A DNA stretch of 64,000 nt from Raillietiella orientalis (Eukaryota): NCBI GenBank assembly GCA_036172245.1, contig JAYWIR010000062.1, positions 1 through 64,000 of the forward strand, in the 5' to 3' direction. A program made the position numbers and the translations under genes. Below the pieces are notes generated by a model, which did no database searches, was not told where the DNA came from, and saw only the letters and a list, made by a program, of their open reading frames with translations. Positions 35,563-48,915 of the stretch are shown here, piece after piece (positions within the stretch are counted from its first letter, which is position 1; each line of letters begins with the position of its first letter).

Positions 35563-38196
35563 CGCCGAAGCCCGGCAGAAGACGTTCCAGGGGAAACTGG
35601 TCGCAAAACTCGCGGACTGAGCACTTCATTTCGTCCCAGTCCGCGAGCGTCTCAAGATGGAATCCTCGCAGGAAGGCGCGTAGATGTTACGCCGCTCCTG
35701 CGAGGCGCAACCAGTCCCCTGGCAGGCGCCACGTTTTCAGGGGAGGGCCCTTGTCGCGTGGATGTATCTCGAGCACGAGCCGTGGATGGTCGGACAGCTG
35801 TGCCGGGAGCGTTCCTCGATTTCCCACCCGCGTGCATAGGTGGTTGTCGAGGAACATGTGGTCGATGTTTTGATCTCTCCCGGCATCACCGGCCAACAAC
35901 TTGAGCGCATTCATGGCTGCGCACAACTCGTTGACCAGTCGTGCTCGACTGCTAAGCGCACCTGCCAGCAGGCGGAGATTGAAGTCGCCCGCGATGAGGT
36001 GCTCCCGCCGTACGCTTGCTTCAGCCAACCAGTCTCGCCGCAGGGATGAAAGCAGTGCGTTACTCGGCCCTGTGGCTGCTCACCGGAGCGTACAGGTTCG
36101 TCACCACGAAATCGATCGAGTCGGATCATTAGAACACAAGCTGTCCAACTCGACGATCCTCGTCGAACCTGACGCTGCGCAGTGCGTTGTCGACGGCTGG
36201 CTTTAGCATGAAGGCCACTCCGCAGGAGCGGTCGTTTCCGTTCCTCCACAGTAGCCGCCCTCCTGCGATGCTTTCGATTTCCTGGATATCTCCTGCTCTG
36301 AGAACGTGCGTCTCTTGCAGGAGCACCAGGTCGAAGTGTCGCAGTATGGCGGCTACGTCTCGCCTCTTACCGTCGTCGCGCAACCCGTTGACGTTCCAAC
36401 AGGTGATGCGCAAGCGGCGGCAGGAGGCGAGCCCACGCATTGGTGTATTTATGGTGGGGTGGAGGCGGCGTCCTGCCTTTCGGGAGGCGGCTCGTTGGCG
36501 GCCGTGACGACGGTCGGCTGCTCACACGGGAGCACGTCGTCTCCAGCGACTTCCATTGGGCTGGCTTCCGTGACACGGACGGGAGAAGGGTCGCGTGGCG
36601 CGACGCACATTGCCTCCTCCTCAGTGCCCGAAGACATGGGCTCCTCTACTTGGGAGGAGGCGACACGTCTCAGGCATCAGGCCTTCTTGCCAGCCTTCCT
36701 CTTCGGCACGGCTGTGGAAGTAGAGCAACCGGCTTCAGCGTCCGACCCGGAAGATTCCGGGCCCTTCGCCGTCGCCGGTCGTCTCAAGGCCTTCTTTTCG
36801 GCCTTGGCAGGCTGCCGGAATATGGCTGCCAGCTCTTCCGCGGACTGCGCGAAAGTCGCTTCTGTGATACGCGCCGCCTCATCGCTTTCCGCACCGACGA
36901 TCGGCGCAGGCGCGACGGGGACGGCTTCATAGACCGCCGCGCAGACGTCCTTCGCTGGCAATGCCGGAGCGGCATTCTCTTCAGCTGATGGTGACATCAC
37001 TGCGGGCACGATCGGCTCCAATACGACGGTATCAATCGCGTTCACCGTTACTTTCTTCACGGCTCTTGCGATTTTCACTGAACAAGCGCGGACTGCCGGC
37101 TTCTGCTCCTTCGAAGCCGCCTTGTTAATTCTTTTTACCTCCTTGACGGGGGCCTTCTTCTTCTTCACCACCTTCTGCCAACCTTCCTCGTTCTCGGCGC
37201 TTTCTCCAGCTGGTTGTTCGCTGGAGGATGGCTGAGCAGCGGGTTGGTCGGCAGGGCGGGATCCTGCCAGTTGTTGGCTTCGGTCCTTTTCCTTCGGCGT
37301 CTCTTCCTTCCTCGCGCCTGACGGAACGGACCTTTTTCGGTTTAGGCACATCCGCCTGATGTGCCCCTTCTCCCCACAGCCCAAGCACACGATGTTGAGG
37401 CATTTCTTTTTTAAATGTTCGGACACCTGGCAAAAGCCGCAGTAAACGGGTTTCCCCACATACCACAGGTCGATCTACTCCTCCCCGACCTGCAGTCTGT
37501 GGGGTAGCCCACCCTCGGCACGGACTCTCACGCGCGCAGCGACGTACCCACTAAAAGCCCTGGTGTAACCCAGGACATTGGGTTTCGCCCACAACGCGTT
37601 GACGGTTCCGTATTGCTCTAAAGATTCGCGAACGGCGGTCTTTGCCATTCGCACTGTGATGCCGGTGAGGTGGACAACGATGGAGTTGTCCGCCGTGAAC
37701 GGGTAGATTCTTCGACCGTTCGCGGTCACCGGCAGGCGCAGCAGCTGCTGAGCCATCCCTGCAGACTTGCAGTTCAGCTCAACCAGCTGCCCGCCAATTC
37801 GCACTGAAAGCCCGAGGACTTCGTCCTCCGGGACTTTCAATTTCTTAAATTCGTCCGCGAACGACCGCAATACCGCGGGGGAGTACAAGCCACCTACCTT
37901 GTACAGGAGGGCCGGGTTGTATCCGTCGGCCATGTACGCCCGCTGTTCCACTGCGGGGGGCGGCGTAGGCGCCGCCACCACCGCGCTCCAAGCCCTCGCC
38001 GGGGCGGGGGACGAATCCGGGGGGGTGTTGGCCCCAACATCCATGGGTTGAGGGGACGAGGCTCGCTGGCCCCCCTCCGCCGTGTTGGCGGTGTCCTCGG
38101 ACATTGCTGCCCAGGAACAACCGCTCCACAAAATACCGCAAACACTCGCAAAAAAAGATTTTCGGCAGCACCAAAAAAACACGTCCTCTCACTGCA

Positions 38197-38727
38197 GGTC
38201 CGGGGTGAGCACTCGCCGTTCCGCGGCGAGTGTGTCACGCCTCAAGGCTTCAGCCCTGCGGGCGCTCGCTCCCGCGCGAATAACGCGTCGTTCAGCGGCG
38301 CTATCGGACTCCTTTGCAGAGTCTGATGCTCGCACGATCGAGTGCGCTTGCATCCGTCCGATTGCACCGGAATGCACTTCTCGGCGGTCACAGAAGCGGA
38401 CTTGCACGCGTTGAAGGCGCTGGCTTTTTCCTGGAAAGAGGCACAAGCCGCGCGTGTCTTCGTGTTCGCGCGACTGCTTTTTCCTTTGAAAGAGCTCAGG
38501 GATGGATGTTGCGAAGCTTTTTTCGGAGATTTTTCTTTCCTCCTCTCCACAACCTTCCGTTCGCCTTCGCGATTTTCGGAGGCTTCCGCGACAGTAGTTG
38601 CGGAAACCTCCGGGATTTTCGCGGCGTTCTCTGGGAGCGTTGCTTTCGCCACGCCTTTAAAAGGCGGCAACGGAGTCAACTTCTTGACATCCGGGAGATT
38701 GCTCCTCTCCTGCCGAGTCGGCGACGA
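38197..38727 (-). mobile_element. Outer element O, part 2: ORF1 disordered tail
   Basis: Lies between two TSD copies linking it to 44316 onward and to 23864. LNDALFARE resembles IDDVAFARA of other ORF1 tails. Confidence 0.7.
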
Positions 38728-41700
38728 TTAATCAGTTAATTGTGCTCGTGTGTGCCCGGAGAGGGGAAGTTTCCAGACGAAACTACAAAAGAAGCGCCGA
38801 GGGAATCACGGCGGAAGACCTGCAGTCGTCCCGTGCAGCAAGACCAGCTGCTAGGATGCAGGCACCTGGAGGAGGAGTGGAGAGACCGTCGTCCCCCATG
38901 GAAGCCATGGAGGTAACGTGCGGCAAAGGCGAGGCGGTGGCAGGCATGCCGAGGATCGCGCCCGCGGCGGGCTTTGCTGCGGCGGAGGCGGCGATGCCAA
39001 GGGTCGTGCCCGCGGCGACGACGGCGGAGGTCGTGCCCGCGGCGGCGACGCCGAGGATCGTGCCCGCGGCGGGGAAGGTCGCGATTGCGGCAGCGATGCC
39101 GAGTGTGCCGCCCGCGGCGGCAACGGTGGCGACGTCGAGGGTTGCGCTCGCGGCGGCGGCGTCCCAGGCAGGACCCGCGGGCGTCCACGCGGTGCAGGGC
39201 GAGACGCCATCTTGCTAGGCTGCGGCGGCGCAGCCCTTTTCCTTTGCGTCGGTGGCGGCTGGAGAAGCGAGTGTCCACGCACCAAGAAAATTCGGGAAAC
39301 CGCTATGCGGCAAAGTCCAAAAGGTGGATCGGCCAATCGTGGAGTTAGGGCCGAATGTGAAGCCCATCATTTTCAAGAATAAGCTGATCAAATTCAATAA
39401 TATCTGGTAGGTGTATCTGTCCCTCGATAAAACGGACATGAATTTTGATCGCATACAGGCGATCATACCAGCAAACAACGGGTTCAAAGTCTTCACAGAC
39501 TGTGAAAATATTAGAGAGCGATTGATCCAGAAGGGGATCAATATACAAGGGAGGATGGTTTGTGGTATTGGCGAGATGCCATACACAACCGTCTTTCTGA
39601 ACGGCATCTCCATCCTCACACCGCAACTAACGGTGTGAAACTTTTTGGAGCAGTATGGGGAAGTTCTGGACCTTGAATTCCAGAAATTCTCTGGAAATAT
39701 GTTTTCTGGCGACATGATTGCCAAAATGAAGTTGAAAGAGGGAGCTGTGATCCCTGGATTAGCCGTTCTTGACGAACAATCCCAGGGAGTGAACGTGCGT
39801 TACCGCCAACAACCGGTATTCTGCACCGGGTGCAAGCAGTTCGGCCACAGGGCAGGCGCTTGCCCAACGTGTCGTCGTTTCCGCTGCGGCAAAGTAGGAC
39901 ATCAAGTCCGAAACTGCCCGCAGCCGGAGGTGTGCTCCTTCTGCAAGAAACACAGACATGCCAAATGGAGCTGTCCGGAGTTTGCAAACTGCAGAAGGAT
40001 TCGAGGTCTGTCTCCCGTGAGAAAGAGAAACACCAAGGAGGCGGAACAGCCTCAGAAGGCAGGAAGGCCGAAGAAGGGGAAACAAGCCGTCCCGGTATCG
40101 GAAGACAGCTTTATACAGGTAGGGAAGAAAGGAAAGAGGAGGATGCTCGTCAAGGAGCAAGAAACCCCTCTTATCCTGGAAGGTGAAGAGCAAGAAGGCG
40201 AGAAGATGGAGGTAGCGAAGGAACGCGCGGAAGAAGAAATATCCGAAGCCACTCCGGTGTCGCAGGAGGCCCTGCAATCTACGGAGGAGCTGGCATCACT
40301 GGCTAATGAAGTCATAGAGGTGCAGAGCGGTCCCCAGCAAGAGAAAAGCTTGCAGAAGATCTGCAATGCACAGGAGAAGGTCAACCAGTTTGTGGAGGTC
40401 ACCGAGCGCGAGAAGCTAGAGAAACAGCTTCTCGACGTAAAGGCGAACTTCTGCGACAAGGTCGAGATAGAGGCGCTATCTCGCAAATTGATCGCGCGGG
40501 CCGAACACTCGACGAAGGAGGCGGAAGTAACCGACCTCACCGGAACAGAGAGTGACGCCGGCAGCGAGAAGCCCGCTGCTTCTTCATTGTCTGGAAGAGC
40601 ACGCTCTCTCAGACAGAAGAAGCTCAGGAAGGCCAAGAAATAGGTCTTCCCCTTTTATGGCCTCTTCCCTATCGACCGCCAGGAGGCTGAACATCGCCTC
40701 CTGGAACGTAAACGGTGTGGTCGACCAGGGAAAAAGAAGAAGGATTGTGCGGACCATCGCACAACAAGACATCGTGTGCCTGCAGGAGACCCACAGGATG
40801 GGTCTCGAGATAAGCCAGCGAATAGAACGGCGATTCAACGGGCAGATGTTCGTCAACGAAGGAGAACGGAACACGGAGGGTGTGGCGGTGCTAATAAAGA
40901 ACCACTTAGCCCCCACTATTCTGGAAGTGTTCTGTCCCCAACCCGGACGAATCATCGGCGTGCGACTGGCCTGGTCCGCGACTGTTCACCTTATCCTGGT
41001 GAACGTGTACGGGCCGCACAGGCTAAAACATCGCTGTGCGGAGGCGCTGCATGCAACACTCCGGCAAAAGGTCGCCCCTAAGGACGTCGTGATAGTTGCT
41101 GGCGATCTCAACATCTTGGATGAGATCATTCATTCGGAAGACGCCAGAGGAAGGACGGCGTATCGACGGCTATCCGAGGAGTTCGGACTGGTCTGGCGAA
41201 CAGCAAGTCACAAGCCGATCGATCACGTCCTCCACAGCACCGAACTTGGGAATCGCATCCAGGGTTTTCGAGACATTATGACCACGGTGTCCGATCACCC
41301 CCTGGTGCGGTTTTCCCTAAGAACGGAGAATCCTCGGCGGAGGCAAGGCACCAGGGCGGCGTTCATCAGCATGCCCGCCTGGTTCGAGACACATCCTGGA
41401 CATCAGCAGTTCCTGGATACGATTCTGAAGACCACAGAAATCAGAAGAGTTGCCGACTGGGACAGCTTGAAACACAGGATACACCTATTTGCAAATATGC
41501 AATTCGGGGATAGGCGCTTGAGGCAAGAGGCGTACCGGGAGCTGAACATCCAAGATCGCTCCCTCTCAAAGTACTTCGATCAGTACGAGAGTCGGTACGT
41601 CCTCAATAACATAAAAGGGGAAGTCGGCGTGCTGGAGAAGAGAAATCTGGCAACAGATATCTTCTGCATCCAGTACGACGGTTAAAAGCGACAGTCGTCT

Positions 41701-44315
41701 GAGGACATCGTGGATGCCTTTCAAAGGCATTACACGAAACACTTTAGGCGACAACATCTCTGTCGCTTTAGTCAACAACTCTTTCTGAGCTATCTCGAGA
41801 AGAGCACCGACGATCTCCAGCGTAACAGATTGGAGGAGGAATTCTCCGAAGACGAGGTGAAGACTGCTTTTGGACAACTGCGCAAGGATGTGGCGGCGGG
41901 CGCTGACAGTGTACCCATCACGCACTATCAGCGGTACTTGCATGCCTACTTGCGCTTGTTCCACCAGCTGACCCTCTGCATCCGTGAACGAAGACTACCT
42001 GAGTCCTTCTACGAGAGTAGGATGAGATTGTTGCCGAAAGGAGGCGACCCAATCCAGATGGCTCAATGGAGGCCAATCTCAATCCTGAACTCCGATGCTA
42101 AGTGGTTGGCGAAGATCTGGTCCAACCGCTTAGGCAGGGTCATGTCGAAGCTCATCTCTCCGGTTCAAACGTGTGCAGTCCCTGGACGTCACATGTCGAA
42201 CAATGTCAAGTGTGCCCAGGCCACCGTCGGACTCACCCGATACGTCGGCGAGAACCTGGCGCTGCTGTTCACTGACATGGAGAAGGCTTTCGACTCCATC
42301 GACCATGGGATGCTGCTGAAAGTTCTGGAGAAGCTAGGCCTTCCGGAACACTTCAGCAACTTCGTGAGGGTGGTACTCCAGAACCAGTACTGCCGAATCA
42401 ATATTAACGGCCATGAGACGGCAGCAATCCGGATGGAACGGGGAGTCCGGCAGGGCGATTCGCTAAGTCCGATGCTGTTCGTCATCTACATGGAGGCGTT
42501 GTCGTCCTTAATCGAGAAGAGCGGACGACTGCAAGGCATAACAATCGATGGCCAGCGTCTTAGCCATCTGGCATGCGCTGATGATCTACTGTTCTTTCTC
42601 AAGGGAGAGAGAAATTAACGAGCGTTTCTGGATGTGGTAGACCTGATGGATCAATACCTGCGTCTAAAGATCAACGCCCAGAAAAGCCAGCTCTTGCCCG
42701 TTAGAATACCCGATCTCTCCGCTCTAGCGGGGAGAGGATTCCGAACGGTGGACAAGGCCAAGTACCTGGGTGTCTACATTGGCGACGTCTCCGCGTCGAA
42801 GCTATTGTGGACCGAGATCCTCGGGAAAACGGCCAAGGAAGCAGCCAAGTACACCCGAACGGACCTTGGAATGAAGCAAAAGGCCAACATATGGAACGGA
42901 GTACTCCTTCCAAAAGTGCTCTTCGGGGCGGCCTTCGCGAGGATCAACAAGGACACCACGAGGGAGTTTGACAAGCTGCAGAAGAAAACACTGTGGGGCC
43001 ACTGTCGCCCAAGAGTTCGACTAAAACCCCTGTGTCGTCCCAGGGAAGAAGGCGCTTCCGGGATGAAGTCGCTTGCAAACTCCATAGAAATCATGAATAC
43101 GCGACACATCCTGGACATTGCCACTCACTAGGATGACTGGCCGTATGCGGCGCACAGGGCCTACGCGTTGTTGTTGAACAACTCGAAAGTTCTGATGACT
43201 GCGCTGCTAGGCCGAACAGGCGAATGGAAAAAAATCGCCCCACCTGGAAGAGGAAGCAACGGCTTGTGCGAAAGCACAAATTCAAGATCGTGCCGAGAAG
43301 TAGGGAACTCTGGCAGGACGAGTCCATCCTGGTGATCACTTGGATGCTTCCTGTCCCGCCGGACACGAGAAGCTGGATGCACCAGCGGTCCAGAGTTACC
43401 GTACAACGAATCCAGGAGTGGAAACGAGGAGGGTACCTACATCACACTCGTATACTTCAGTATATAGAGATGATGTTAGGAAGGTTTACCCACATGACCC
43501 TCGAGGTGTGGATCAACCAAAACGACTTCGCGTGGTCCAGGGTATTCAAAACAAACCTCCGAAGATTAATTCGGGAAGAAGACCGTGACACCAATGCCCT
43601 CCAGGAAACCGCCGATCGCTACGGGAGTGACCGGATCAACCTGTTAGCGATTGGCACGACGCTCTGGAGGAGTGACCTTCCGCCGGGCACCCAGGATGAC
43701 CTCCTGATGTTTTATCATAAGGGAATCCAGAGTGGGTCCCGATTGCAGCACTACACCGGAAGAAGGAAAGATCGAGACTGCAGAGCATGTGGAGACATCG
43801 ACACGAGACTTCACGTCTTGACGTGTCCCACATTGCTGCATGACTGCCTGATCCTGAAAAGGTTCATCGGACTCACGAACAGATCCGTAATGGAGATCCT
43901 CGCCGGGATGTTTCAGGGGGATGGTAATGTTCCCTGTTACAATCCCATGGTGAGGATGACCATCGCCCTCTTCATCACCGCCATACTTGTGCGGTGGTGG
44001 AAAATGAGGAAAGCCAGAAGAGCCGCACCACCGATGGAGATCCTACAAGGGCTCCTGAAGAGGGAAATCGGCATTAGAAACTGTGGGAAAATCCAAGCCT
44101 GGACGTACCGATTCATCCTGAAGAGGATAGAAGACGACGCCCGGGACCAAACATCTGGAAACCCACCATTAGTGCAGAACTTGTGAGAACCCAAGGACTT
44201 CATAGTGGTAAAACAAAAGTGCTAATGGTATGGATGAGATTGTAGTGTGAATGTTTTTATAGAAAAATTTTTAAAAAAATAGATTTACCCCACCCCTCAT
44301 GGGACTTGGGGAAAA
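38728..44315 (+). mobile_element. Full-length element T of a divergent Tx1/L1-like family
   Basis: 18-bp TSD with 2 mismatches (38710-27 and 44316-33). TCAGTT initiator at 38732. ORF1 38856-40643 (3 in-frame stops, 3 knuckles). ORF2 40657-44186 (EN, RT with ACADD, CRAC..HVLTC). Confidence 0.9.
38945..39175 (+). repeat. Ala/Pro-rich degenerate tandem repeats in T ORF1
   Basis: Recurring gtgcccgcggcg units (VPAA, MPR). Confidence 0.65.
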
Positions 44316-45672
44316 CCGCCGAGTCGGCGATGAGGCGACTGCATGCAGCGTGCTTTTGCTCGTCGCGACGCTGCTTTTGACGGCTTTCGTACACTTTGCC
44401 GAGGGGGCTGCGCTGCAGTGGGGCTGTCCGGAACTCGGAAGGGACAACTGAACGGGGCAAGAAGTCTTCGCAATGATGCGATCTTCCTGTTTTCCTACCT
44501 TTTCTCTCCAGGGTGTTACGGAGATTTCCTGGTTCCTGGCTCGGAGAGGTGCCTGCGAGTTCGGCAGCGAGGGAGGGCACGGCACGCGTCAAACCCTCGC
44601 GCCCCTTTTTAATTGGCTTTCCCGCCCTGACTTTCCCCTTTCGGGGCGTTGCGGGCGGGGATGCTTTCTTTTCATCCGCGGATCGCTCGTTGGTTTTTCC
44701 GAGTTTTCGCGGACGACGTTTTTTATTTACCGCTGCGGCTTTTCGTGCAGTGGTCTCTTGAACTCGACGAATTTCCGCTGCGGCTCTTTTTCTTGCAGGT
44801 ACCGGGCACTTTTTGATTTCGTGCCTGGAATCTTTGCAATAGCGGCATCTTTGAGAGGGGCACTCTTTAATTCGGTGCCCAGCCTTTCCGCACTGCTCGC
44901 ACGCGCGAGTCTGGCCTATCAACCACAGGTGAACGACCGTGCCGTTCACCTGCAGCTGCTCAGGCACAACACGCCTGTTCGCGACGGTGATCCGCGCGGA
45001 GGCTTGTCCAGTGTGGACAGAGGAGAAATCCTTTAGAGGATTTGGCCTCCTCCACAGAGCGTGCACGGTCGCGAACTTCGCCAGCACACTTACGACATCG
45101 CGGTCGGAGATTTCCGGTTCGATGTCGCACAGTTGAACGACAAAAGAGTCGTCCATCGCGGTAGGTAGGACTTCCTTGCCATTGATGGTCAACGGCGTAC
45201 GGAGAAGGCGCTGCACAAGTGCTGCGTTCTTGCACCGAATCTTCGTATATTCCATCCTGCCAGCAGGCATTATGGCAAGGAGTTCCTCCTCGCAAACGCC
45301 GATTCGGACGAGCTCATAATTGACCTCACAACCGATTCTCCCGTTAAGGGGCCCACTGACCTTATAACGGAGTGCAGGCATGTATCCTGATAACACATTT
45401 GCATGGAACTCCGCATCGCAGGGTCCTGGTCTTTGGGAGGTAACGGCGGCATAACTCCTCAACGGGGGCCTGGAAACCATTACGGAGGATGCGGATGCAC
45501 TTCAAGTGCAGCTGAAGTGCATCCAGTGGCTTGCTCCTCCACAATATCCTGTGTACTGGCCATGTTGCACTATGCAACTTGGATGATTGCACAGGTACAC
45601 ACAAGTGCGAGCGAAAACGCAGGCACAAAGTTGCCCGATCGTTAGCGCGGATAGACGCGGAAACACGTCTGC
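44316..45672 (-). mobile_element. Outer element O, part 1: 5' UTR plus ORF1 (ATG 45480)
   Basis: AGACGTG 5' motif at 45670, RSYAAVTS, GYMPALRYKV, knuckles CEQCGKAGHRIKEC and CRYCKDSRHEIKKC. Confidence 0.85.
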
Positions 45673-46988
45673 ACTGTACGAGCGCAAGAGATCGAACGGA
45701 TCTCCGAAGGGCGGCTGTGGTACAGGTGTGCAAGACCGAAAAGTTGCGATGTCGTCTACCTGCTTCGGCCAGCCGTCGAGACCGCGGCTCGGGGCATACG
45801 GTTCGACGATCAAGGTCGTGTCGGCCAGCTCACTCTCAGGTGGTCCGACTCGATCGATCTGATCGTCACGAACGTGTACGCACCGAGCGGCAAGGACCTC
45901 ACGAACAGGAGGGCGAGGAAAGAGTTTTTCCTTGGCCTCCGGCGAGACTGGCTGACCGAAGCAGGCGTGCGGAATGCCCATCTGGTTGCAGGCGATTTCA
46001 ACGTTCCCCTGAAACCAGATGGGCAGACTCCAGAGCGTGACCTGGTCAACGAGGTGTGCATGGCTTTGCACACCTGTAATTTGTTGGCCAGTGAACCGGG
46101 GATGGAAGACAGCATCGACCACGTGTTTCTCGACTAGTATCTGTGCCCTCGCGTGGGTAGGCGCAGCAAGTTACCGTGCGAGCTGTCCGACCATAGCCCG
46201 ATAGCCCTCGAGATCCATCCGCGCGACAGGGGCCCCTCCTCGTCAGCGTGTCGTCTCCCAGGAAACTGCTTGAAGCTCCCGGACGCGGCGACACATCTCC
46301 GCACGTTCATACGGAGCTTCAGGCTGCGGACACTCCAGGATTGGGACCGCTTCAAGCGGTCGGTCCAGGAGTTCTACGACCAGTTCCCTCTGCACCGCCT
46401 ACCTACGGGATTTGGGACCGGGGTCCGTAACGAACGAGCCTATCTGCAGGCCCGTCGTTACGCCAGAACCCCCGACATCCGCAGGCTGCGGAATACAAAG
46501 CGGATGCCCAAAGGCAAGCCTGGCAGCCCGGATCGCACAGCTTACTGGACGATCAGGGCCAGGAGCACTCGGCACCCGCGCAAATCCGCGGCCTGCTGCG
46601 GAGATACTACTCCTCCCTGTATGCCAGGGCTCCTCCGGAGAGGAACGTCTCACGACTCCTGCTTCCGGAAGGCTCTTCAGCGATCGGGGAGGAGGAGAAA
46701 AATTCCCTCGACGAGCCTTTCACGGTGGCGAGATCATCTCGGACATCGGAAAGCTCAACAGGCGGAAGGCTCCAGGGGACGATAGCCTGCCTGCGGAATT
46801 TTTTCAATGTTTCGCGGAAGAACTCACTCCTCTGGTGAAGAAACTCATCTTGCTGATCCGCGAGACAGGTGACGTCCCCGCCTCGTTTCGTTCCGCAAAG
46901 GTGCGTCTCCTCCCTAACGCAAAAGACCTTCGGAGCATGAGCAACTGGCGGCCGATTACCGTGATAAACGCCGACGCCAAGTTGCTGG
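45673..46988 (+). mobile_element. K/D-like ORF2 fragment (EN to RT NADAKLL)
   Basis: Closely similar to 27900-28950, then to 14410-14669. Confidence 0.9.
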
Positions 46989-48915
46989 TTGCCACCCGGT
47001 CACGCCGGGCGTTTATTACAAATTCTCTATGAATCGTGGCACGAGGCCCCACTACGGTCAACTCAGCTGGACCTGCCGGGACAACGGTACGCAGACCGGC
47101 GCGACTCTCCTCGGCAGCGGAAAGGGGTGGAGGAAAAAAGAAAAAGAAAAATGGAACATAAAAACAAAAAGATTTGGGAGGGTTGGGGAGGGATCACTGA
47201 CCACTCGGAGGAGGGTCCATCCTTTGCAGCATGCCCTCGAGGTCCGTCCGTATAATTCCCAGGTGGGGCCATCTGGTCACAATCCGCAGGTAGCGGACTG
47301 CAAGTACGACGGCATCCCTGTCGTGGCTCGGTCTTCCGACGTTGCTCCAGCACGTCACAATCCCGCGTACGCAGCAAGGTGCAGCCAGGGTAGCGGCTGG
47401 ACTCAGGGCATCCTGCACGAACAGAAGCCCTGGTCCAGTGGTGGCGGCGTGCGTTGCAAGGTAGACCCCAATGCAAAAACAGAAGCGCCGACTCCTGCCA
47501 CTTCAGGGGGAGGATCCTAGGACCACTTAATACCGGGGGCCACTTCAGGTCATCCGGCTGGTTGCCGAGTAGCTCGCCTTATCTCTGAATTCCCCTCGGC
47601 TGGACACTGGGGGTAGTGGCGTCCGCCAGCTCCCCCGTGGACCAGCCGCTTATCAACTTCTCCTTGCCTGCGGTGCGGGAAAAAAATTGCCACCTAGGCT
47701 TGCGGCTGCTGAAGCGCGCCCTCCTCAGGAAGGGCATCGCCGTAGCTGGGGGTTGTCTCTGTCCACGTGCTTCTCGCGGTACACTGGAGTATCTTCCGCA
47801 GAGTGCAGCGGGAGTAGGCGCCGCGTCGCAGGCAGTTCCACATTTCTTCATTCTTTTCATTAGTCTTCGCCCACGTGCCAGCTGTCTCCTCCAGCCATGC
47901 GGAGGAGTTGGCGGGGCTGCATACCATCCAGCCGTTTTACTTAGCCAGAGTTGCCATGCCTCCCAGGAGAAATCGGCATCTCTTGATCTTCCTGCCACGG
48001 CACAGAAGATAAGACGCGAGAGCCTCCGTCCCGGATGCACGGCTGGCAAGGAGTCGGGCCGGAACGCACCAAGGGGTGCTCCATAACTTCGCTGCGATGG
48101 CGAGGGTTCGCCACCGCAGCTGAATCTCTACTCGCTCCATCGTCAAGATGCCGAGCCCGCCATCCCGACGTGGACCACACAAGTTCTTCAACGGGACTCG
48201 TGGTCTCCCTCTTCCCCAAAGGGCAATTCTCAGGAGGTCCTTCGTTCGTTTTTTCAACTCTCTGGGGACGGGGCAAACAAAAAGCAGGGTGCTGAGGATA
48301 GGAGCCGCGAACGCGTTCCACACCGCGGCCCGTTCCGGAAGGAGAAACTTGTCTTTCAGGAACGGGCCGAACGCCGTTTCCACTTTGTGGAGGCAGCCGG
48401 ACCACGCTTCCGCAGGGAAGTAGTCCCTCAGCGGCACACCAAGGTACTTCAAGCACCTCGCCGTGGGGATCCCCAGACGGACCCAGTCCTGCTGCCCTGC
48501 CCACGCCGCACCTATTGGCAGTACCGACGACTTCGCCCTGTTCACCGTAAGTCCGTTCCCACGGCTAAGCAGATCGAAGAAATTCCCAACTGCCTTCGCC
48601 GGGGTGGACATCGGCAACAGAAGCAAAAGATCCTCGGCGTAGGCTGCTACGGCGGGCGTGCCGGGGCACGAGCTCGGCAAGGTTGCCAAAGTCACCCTGT
48701 ACGCTCAGGCACCAACTCAAAGTAGGTGCTAAAGAGCAGGGGACTGAGGCTTTCGCCCTGCCGTATGCCCCGCCATACCGGCACGCCGTATGCCAATTGA
48801 CCTCTGAAAGAGATATTGATCAGCGCGCTGCGCCAGCAAGAGCGCAGGTAGGTCAGTAGGGAGGGAGGGAAGCCCATGCGTCCCAAAAGCTTTAGCAAGA
48901 GATCCTGGTGAACGC
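46989..48915 (-). mobile_element. Second subfamily A copy, 3' half, at the AKLL site and interrupted at its KAFD site
   Basis: Closely similar to 14670-16750, with a deletion near 47425. Confidence 0.9.

Larger units (their letters stand above)
23865..38196 (-). mobile_element. Full-length element H (~5.6 kb in three pieces: 38196-35563, 32374-31546, 25962-23865), split by G and K insertions
   Basis: Pieces read collinearly 5'UTR-ORF1-EN-GFG | linker-RT-KAFD | RT-zinc finger-3' hairpin. Imperfect 13-bp TSD: gttccggggtcag (23852-64) and ggtccggggtgag (38197-209). Confidence 0.8.

Noticed and set aside
44257..45480. ORF1-only (HAL1-like) element or domesticated gag-like gene
   Set aside because: The 18-bp TSD shows the ORF is cut at 44316 by element T and continues at 38727. 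Its C-terminus is chance read-through into T's 3' end.
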